43,755 nucleotides of DNA, from UHGV virus genome UHGV-0008389. One strand, written 5' to 3'. Under the pieces are notes generated by a model. That model was not told the DNA's origin. It ran no database searches and saw only the letters and a list, made by a program, of their open reading frames with translations. Both the position numbers and the translations under genes were made by a program. This stretch comes from a virus. Below are positions 38,468-43,755 of this stretch, one piece after another; within the stretch, counting starts at the first letter, position 1; each line of letters starts with the position of its first letter.

Positions 38468-38734
38468 GTGAATATGACCGTAGAAAGAATGAAAAGGCCG
38501 TGGAGTGTTATTGGCACTGGATTCAACGATGATGGTGTTTATGTCACGTTTGACGATACAACCATACATCGTGGTGATTTGAGATTGATGGAGGCAGCTC
38601 CTGATTTGCTTGAAGCTCTGCAAGCGATGCTAAACAAGGCATACAAGCAAAGCTGGAATGACCATTATCCTGATGAAGTATCGAAAGCACTGTCAGCAAT
38701 TAGCAAAGCTATTGGTGAAGATTATTACGATTGA
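38468..38734 (+). CDS. Hypothetical early protein
   Basis: 88-aa ORF with GAGGTGA RBS; in the PL operon between N and cIII. Confidence 0.5.
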   Translation: MNMTVERMKRPWSVIGTGFNDDGVYVTFDDTTIHRGDLRLMEAAPDLLEALQAMLNKAYKQSWNDHYPDEVSKALSAISKAIGEDYYD

Positions 38735-39009
38735 GGTTAATGATGAAGTTCAAATTGAACGATGAAGTTAAATGGTCAAGCTCATCAAACGGTGTAACGA
38801 AGGTAAAAATCGGGTTTATCGTCGAGGTGATTCCTCCTGGTGTCAACGTAAAAAAATTCGAACTAGGCCGTCTGCTAGATGCACCTGGCCTTCCGAGGAA
38901 AGAAGAGAGCTATATAGTTTGTGTAGGTCCAAGACCCGGATCTCGTGCCAAGCCAAAATATTACTGGCCGCGAGTTAATAACCTGCGTCGCTTACACGAT
39001 GACAAATAG
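38731..39009 (+). CDS. Hypothetical early protein
   Basis: 92-aa ORF coupled to the upstream gene. Confidence 0.45.
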   Translation: MRLMMKFKLNDEVKWSSSSNGVTKVKIGFIVEVIPPGVNVKKFELGRLLDAPGLPRKEESYIVCVGPRPGSRAKPKYYWPRVNNLRRLHDDK

Positions 39010-39135
39010 AAAGTGAGTATCCTTGTTTTACTTTTTCGCGGCAAACCACTTATTTGAGGTGATATATGGAAGAAGAATTTGAAGAGTTCGAAGAGCATCC
39101 TCAGGATGTGATGGAACAATACCAGGACTATCCGT

Positions 39136-39336
39136 ATGACTACGACTATTGATAAAAATCAATGGTGTGGACAATTCAAGCGATGCAATGGATGCAAGCT
39201 GCAATCGGAATGCATGGTTAAGCCTGAAGAAATGTTTCCTGTAATGGAAGATGGGAAATATGTCGATAAATGGGCAATACGAACGACGGCAATGATTGCC
39301 AGAGAACTTGGTAAACAGAATAACAAGGCTGCCTGA
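39136..39336 (+). CDS. Hypothetical small Cys-rich protein (possible zinc-binding)
   Basis: 66 aa with CGQFKRCNGCKLQSEC (four Cys). Confidence 0.45.
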   Translation: MTTTIDKNQWCGQFKRCNGCKLQSECMVKPEEMFPVMEDGKYVDKWAIRTTAMIARELGKQNNKAA

Positions 39337-39363
39337 TGGTGGCCTTTATTTTTAAGGTGCTAT

Positions 39364-39606
39364 ATGAAAATTAAAACTATGGGCGCAAGCCCATTAAGCG
39401 GTCGTATTTTTCAAGGAACATTAAACACTGAAAAAGGGATGTGGGTAGGAAAGAAAGAAGATGTCACCGAACAAGCGATTAAGGCAGTAACTGAACACCT
39501 GATGATAAAAGACCGGAAATATGCATACGAAACGAATGATGGCAAATGGGTGATAATAATGCATCAACTGGTTGATGAATTACCAGAAGAGTTTATTGCT
39601 GATTAA
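39364..39606 (+). CDS. Hypothetical early protein
   Basis: 80-aa ORF in the PL operon. Confidence 0.45.
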   Translation: MKIKTMGASPLSGRIFQGTLNTEKGMWVGKKEDVTEQAIKAVTEHLMIKDRKYAYETNDGKWVIIMHQLVDELPEEFIAD

Positions 39607-39637
39607 AATTATTTTTGCATAAACAACAGAGGTGAAT

Positions 39638-39772
39638 ATGAACGCAGTTGAATTTACAAAATGGATGGCAGAGCAAGATATCACAGGAGCCGACGAAAAG
39701 GCTGTGTACTACATGGCTATGCTATGGATTCACAAAGCAAAAGAGATTGCAAATGCTCTTGGAGGTGAGTGA
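39638..39772 (+). CDS. Hypothetical small protein (44 aa)
   Basis: ATG at 39638 preceded by the same GAGGTGAATATG linker as the gene at 38468; stop overlaps the next start (TGATG). Confidence 0.35.
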   Translation: MNAVEFTKWMAEQDITGADEKAVYYMAMLWIHKAKEIANALGGE

Positions 39773-39957
39773 TGTGCGAGTTTTATGAAGCAGATATCAA
39801 ACGCCCAGAAATGGCAAGTGATGCGACATTACGTGATTACTTCGCAGCAAAGTTCATGCAGGGAGTTTGTGCAAATCCAGACAGGCTTTATGACAACGAA
39901 GCACTTGCTAAAGAAGCTTATGCGATGGCAGACGCAATGCTCAAAGCTCGCGAATAA
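39769..39957 (+). CDS. Hypothetical early protein
   Basis: 62-aa ORF coupled to the upstream small ORF. Confidence 0.4.
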   Translation: MMCEFYEADIKRPEMASDATLRDYFAAKFMQGVCANPDRLYDNEALAKEAYAMADAMLKARE

Positions 39958-40091
39958 GCACTGTGTATTCATTCTAACGAGTGAATACACGGAGCAATGT
40001 CGCTCGTAACTAAACAGGAGCCGACTTGTTCTGATTATTGGAAATCTTCTTTGCCCTCTAATGTGAGGGCAATTTTTTTGATGGAGGAATT

Positions 40092-40508
40092 ATGGAAATT
40101 ACAGATATTCTGGTTAATCCAGATAATTACGACCAATTCAATATCTCTACTCAATCAGTTGATTTGGGTTGTGCAACTGTCAGCGCATGGCTACTTAATG
40201 GTGAACAGTTGGATAAATGCCTTGATGCACATATGACGGTTAACAGCTTCCTTGCAGAAAAAACACACTGGCAAGATGCTGGAGGGGAATATGCTGGATG
40301 GCTTGAAAGCATGGGATTTGAATATCAATCTGATGAAGGTTGGTGGAGCCTTATAGCTGTAACGCCTGAGACAATAGAATGCTTCGTTAAATACTCAAAC
40401 GACGATGACTATAAACACCAGGTAGATTCTGCGATAGAAAGATATAAAAGAAAATCATTCAGCCACGAAATATCATCAGTTCTTGATTTCATAGAAGTCT
40501 TCAAATAA
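40092..40508 (+). CDS. Hypothetical acidic protein
   Basis: 138 aa, net acidic, Trp-rich (WQDAGGEYAGWLESMGFEYQSDEGWW); early-left region. Confidence 0.5.
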   Translation: MEITDILVNPDNYDQFNISTQSVDLGCATVSAWLLNGEQLDKCLDAHMTVNSFLAEKTHWQDAGGEYAGWLESMGFEYQSDEGWWSLIAVTPETIECFVKYSNDDDYKHQVDSAIERYKRKSFSHEISSVLDFIEVFK

Positions 40509-40589
40509 GCCGCCTGAGCGCGGCTTTACCGCATACCAATAACGCTTCACTCGAGGCGTTTTTCGTTATGTATAAATAAGGAGCACACC

Positions 40590-40730
40590 ATGCAATATGC
40601 CATTGCAGGGTGGCCTGTTGCTGGCTGCCCTTCCGAATCTTTACTTGAACGAATCACCCGTAAATTACGTGACGGATGGAAACGCCTTATCGACATACTT
40701 AATCAGCCAGGAGTCCCAAAAAATGGATAA
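40590..40730 (+). CDS. cIII: cIII (C-terminally shortened relative to lambda)
   Basis: MQYAIAGWPVAGCPSESLLERITRKLRDGWKRLIDILNQPGVPKNG matches lambda CIII as recalled, but ends 8 residues early; GGAG RBS. Confidence 0.85.
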   Translation: MQYAIAGWPVAGCPSESLLERITRKLRDGWKRLIDILNQPGVPKNG

Positions 40731-40836
40731 AACACTTATGGCTATCCAGACTAAATTCACTATCGCCGCTTTTATTGGCGATGAAAAGATGTTTCGTGAG
40801 GCCGTCGAAGCCTACAGAAAATGGAGGTCAAAATGA
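40723..40836 (+). CDS. kil: Kil-like protein (truncated)
   Basis: MDKTLMAIQTKFTIAAFIGDEKMFREAVEAYRKW matches the lambda Kil N-terminal region as recalled; ends after 37 aa at a junction with non-lambda sequence. Confidence 0.65.
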   Translation: MDKTLMAIQTKFTIAAFIGDEKMFREAVEAYRKWRSK

Positions 40837-41021
40837 TTCCGGTAGAACTGGCGAAAACTCCAGAGTTAAGTCGATTAAAAAGAGAATATCACATTGCTGA
40901 GGCTCGTTACTGGCGTAAAGCGGGAGATAAATCAAAGAAACAACTTTGCTTATGGCAGGCACAAAGAGAGCGCATGAATGAGCGTGAGTTTCTTTCCTCC
41001 CCATCCGAATTACCATTCTGA
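40833..41021 (+). CDS. Hypothetical protein
   Basis: ATG at 40833 with GGAGG RBS; 62 aa; coupled to the Sak4-like gene. Confidence 0.4.
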   Translation: MIPVELAKTPELSRLKREYHIAEARYWRKAGDKSKKQLCLWQAQRERMNEREFLSSPSELPF

Positions 41022-41029
41022 GGCAAATT

Positions 41030-41710
41030 ATGGGAACTGCGACATTAATACTCGGTGAATCTGGCACCGGAAAATCAACCAGCATGAGAAATATCAATCC
41101 AGAGGAAGCAATACTTATAAAACCAATAGGCAAGCCGCTTCCATTTAAATCAAAAGACTGGCTGGCATGGGATGCCAGAGCAAAAAAAGGAACCGTAGTT
41201 ACCACTGACAAATGGGACGTAATAGTTGCCGTAATTAAGCGTGCTCACGAATACGGGAAAAGAATCGTTATTGTTGATGACTTCCAGTATGTGATGAGCA
41301 ATGAGTTTATGCGCCGCTCAGAAGAAAAATCGTTTGATAAATTCACTGAGATAGGCCGCCACGCATGGGAGGTGATTAAGGCTGCACAGGATGCACCTGA
41401 TGACCTGAGAGTCTATTTTCTTGCGCACACCGAAGAAACCCCTATGGGGCGTGTGAAAATGAAGACTATCGGCAAAATGCTGGACGAGAAAATCACTGTC
41501 GAAGGCATGTTTACTATAGTTCTTCGCACCCTTACCCGCGATGACCAGTTCTTTTTCACCACGAAAAACAACGGTGCAGACACTGTTAAATCCCCAATGG
41601 GAATGTTTGATTCTAATGAGATTGATAACGATCTCTCTTTCGTCGATGCCACTGTTTGTGATTACTACGGCATCAATAATGTTCATCAAATTAAGGAAAA
41701 CGCCGCATGA
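41030..41710 (+). CDS. Sak4-like RecA-core ATPase (AAA_24 family) of a recombination module
   Basis: 226 aa; Walker A LGESGTGKST; Walker B-like IVIVDDFQ; followed by an SSB-like gene. Confidence 0.75.
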   Translation: MGTATLILGESGTGKSTSMRNINPEEAILIKPIGKPLPFKSKDWLAWDARAKKGTVVTTDKWDVIVAVIKRAHEYGKRIVIVDDFQYVMSNEFMRRSEEKSFDKFTEIGRHAWEVIKAAQDAPDDLRVYFLAHTEETPMGRVKMKTIGKMLDEKITVEGMFTIVLRTLTRDDQFFFTTKNNGADTVKSPMGMFDSNEIDNDLSFVDATVCDYYGINNVHQIKENAA

Positions 41711-42294
41711 GCAACGTGATTTTTACTTATAACGAAGAAGCAGCACTGACCGCAGGGCAAGGTGGTTTTATTAACGAAACTGGTGCTCATATCATTACCA
41801 TTACTGAAGCAGAACTAAAGCAATCAGAAAAAGGAGCCAAATTTATTGAGTTTTCTGGCGAATCTGACGACGGACGTAAAATCCAATATCTTAGCGTCTG
41901 TGTTCAGAAAAATGACGGAACGGAAAACAAATTTGGCGCAAATGTCGTTCACGCCATGATGGGGTGTGCCGGGATTGGACAATTAACGCAACATATGGTT
42001 TCCGCCAGTAAATTTGTTGCTCCTGAGTTTCATGGAAAGAAAATCGGGTTAGTGCTCCAGAAAGTATTAACCACAAACAAAAAGACTGGCGCAGACAGCT
42101 ACCAGATGGAAATACGCATCCCGTTTATTGCACAAACAGGTCAAACCCTTAAAGAAAAGGCGGAAGGCAAGCAACCAGAAACTATCGCCAACATGGTTGC
42201 CAGCCTCAAAGATAAAGACAATCGCTCTAAAAACGTAAGCCAGAATCATGCAGATGATTATGGTTACAGCCAGAACGATTACCCTCCTTTCTGA
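41707..42294 (+). CDS. DUF669-like ssDNA-binding protein with SSB-type acidic C-terminal tail
   Basis: 195 aa; C-terminal DDYGYSQNDYPPF resembles the SSB tail (D-D-D-I-P-F type); coupled to the Sak4-like gene. Confidence 0.55.
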   Translation: MSNVIFTYNEEAALTAGQGGFINETGAHIITITEAELKQSEKGAKFIEFSGESDDGRKIQYLSVCVQKNDGTENKFGANVVHAMMGCAGIGQLTQHMVSASKFVAPEFHGKKIGLVLQKVLTTNKKTGADSYQMEIRIPFIAQTGQTLKEKAEGKQPETIANMVASLKDKDNRSKNVSQNHADDYGYSQNDYPPF

Positions 42295-42317
42295 TTATTG
42301 AAAATAAGGCTCCCATT

Positions 42318-42614
42318 ATGCCAGCGCCTCTGTATGGTGCGGATGACCCGCGCAATTGCTCCGGTAGCTCCAAGGCGGAGGTGCTGGAAAATATCAAAAA
42401 CAATTTCGACGCGTTTCTTGCTCTGACACCAGAAACAAAAGCAGAACGGATGTACCGACGCGATATACAACTCGCGCTAAAACAGGAGAAGGACCGAACA
42501 AACGAAACAGCAATGAGACCGTTGCGAAAAGCGACAATAGACAAATTCCCTGAATATATCGACCCGCGCCTGCGTAATTACCGATCACGCTATGGCGCTA
42601 TCAGTAATGACTGA
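42318..42614 (+). CDS. Hypothetical protein
   Basis: 98-aa ORF in the early-left operon. Confidence 0.45.
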   Translation: MPAPLYGADDPRNCSGSSKAEVLENIKNNFDAFLALTPETKAERMYRRDIQLALKQEKDRTNETAMRPLRKATIDKFPEYIDPRLRNYRSRYGAISND

Positions 42615-42789
42615 GGAATTTACCATGAGAGGACTTGCATACAATCCCGGCATTCTTCCGGCAGAAATGATTATTCGCCAACGCGTAAAGCCAATGCCAT
42701 CGAGAGAGGAATTGCTTAAAAGAAATAGTTTCGGTTCTGTTAATGACAACAAATATCTGAATGCGATGTTGCGGAGTGGGAAGAAATGA
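42592..42789 (+). CDS. Hypothetical protein
   Basis: 65-aa ORF; start uncertain. Confidence 0.3.
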   Translation: MALSVMTEEFTMRGLAYNPGILPAEMIIRQRVKPMPSREELLKRNSFGSVNDNKYLNAMLRSGKK

Positions 42790-43442
42790 AACAAATGTCA
42801 CTAATTGAGATGGATGGATTTCTGAAAGGTAAATGCATCCCAAGTGATTTAAAGGTTAACGAAACAAACGCTGAATATCTTGTCCGTAAGTTCGGTGAAC
42901 TTGAATCAAAACTAGAAACGGCGTTGCGGGAGTGTCGTTCTGCTGGAATCACGATTGATAACCTTGAGGCCAAGTGCGCGGCGCTGGCAGCGGAGAGTGC
43001 TTGGCTGAAGTCTGAAGCTCCACTTGGTGCCATCGAGAATGGCAGAGCGTTTGCAGACCGTTTAGAGAATTACCAGTTCGAGTGTGAAGGCGGAAACCTA
43101 AACATGTGTAGTGATTGGCAGGAGTTTCGCTGTTGCTTCGAGTATTTATCTGAATGGACAATGCATAGCCAGACAGAGCACCCAGCCACCGATGCTTTCC
43201 TGGCTGAAGTGAAGACTGAAGCACGCAAGGAGGGCGCTTACTTTGTGGCGAACAGAATGCTGGCTGCCTGGGAAGCTGGTTTTATTGATGATACTGCGAA
43301 GAACGCCGCTGATATTGCCCGGATGATTCTTACCTCTACTGAGTTTATGGCTAATGCGCCGGAAGGCGATTTTGACCGCTCATTCTCTGATGGCGTTCTC
43401 GAAGATATCGCCGCCCAGCTTCGCAAAGGAGGCAACCAGTGA
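42786..43442 (+). CDS. Hypothetical protein
   Basis: 218-aa ORF coupled to neighbours in the early-left operon. Confidence 0.5.
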   Translation: MKQMSLIEMDGFLKGKCIPSDLKVNETNAEYLVRKFGELESKLETALRECRSAGITIDNLEAKCAALAAESAWLKSEAPLGAIENGRAFADRLENYQFECEGGNLNMCSDWQEFRCCFEYLSEWTMHSQTEHPATDAFLAEVKTEARKEGAYFVANRMLAAWEAGFIDDTAKNAADIARMILTSTEFMANAPEGDFDRSFSDGVLEDIAAQLRKGGNQ

Positions 43443-43755
43443 GCAAGATTGACTATCAGGTACTGCGTGCCAAGGCAGAAAAAGCAACGTGTGGTGTGTG
43501 GTCGCTCGAATATGGAGAGGGCCGATTTGATGGTGATGATGCGCTAATTCATCGTGAAGTTGCTGGATATATTCCCATTTGCAGAATTGAAGGAGCGCAT
43601 CCTGAAAGCCGTTTCTATGAAGATTTCCAAATGGAACAGCAGGCCAATGCTGAATTCATCGCCGCAGCCAATCCAGCTACCGTGCTGGCACTACTGGATG
43701 AACGGGAAAGGAACCAGCAATACATCAAATCCCGCGACCAGGAGAACGAGGATAT
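43439..43755 (+). CDS. Hypothetical protein, 3'-truncated by the window end (possibly Ead/Ea22-like)
   Basis: Open frame from a GTG at 43439 to the window end ([28 protein letters not shown]...). Confidence 0.35.
   Translation, partial: MSKIDYQVLRAKAEKATCGVWSLEYGEGRFDGDDALIHREVAGYIPICRIEGAHPESRFYEDFQMEQQANAEFIAAANPATVLALLDERERNQQYIKSRDQENED

Noticed and set aside
40597-40836. 79-aa track ORF 40597-40836 as a single gene
   Set aside because: It is better explained as two overlapping lambda-like genes: cIII at 40590-40730 and a truncated kil at 40723-40836 in another frame.

Overview
The window is almost entirely one lambdoid prophage, read here in reverse relative to the standard lambda map, with about 90 bp of bacterial flank at the left end. 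Family assignments rest on my reading of the translated ORFs and on lambda sequences recalled from memory; no alignment or database search was run. The left junction is a lambda-type attR (core 91-105, P arm and sib/tI hairpin to about 292), so the prophage sits at attB-lambda. Reading left to right: an AT-rich acyltransferase moron; Mu/SfV-like baseplate and tail-fibre genes; a P22 immI-like mnt/arc/ant module inserted into the tail operon; tape measure, tube and sheath; head genes; portal and terminase; an AT-rich moron with an RNxxxH (HEPN-like) motif; Rha; the lambda lysis cassette (Rz/Rz1, R, S); pR' and Q; a nin region carrying an HNH endonuclease and a Dam-like methyltransferase; DnaC-like loader and O with ori iterons; cII, cro, OR, cI; OL/PL, nutL and N; then early-left genes (cIII, truncated kil, Sak4-like ATPase plus DUF669-like SSB). 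The most notable feature is that rexA/rexB are replaced, exactly between cI and OL/PL, by an AT-rich gene for a ClpP/SppA-fold serine protease (36410-37414), a candidate undescribed repressor-linked exclusion gene. The HEPN-like moron between terS and the lysis cassette (24516-25040) is the second candidate. No rRNA, tRNA, CRISPR array or integrase was found; int is expected beyond the right edge.
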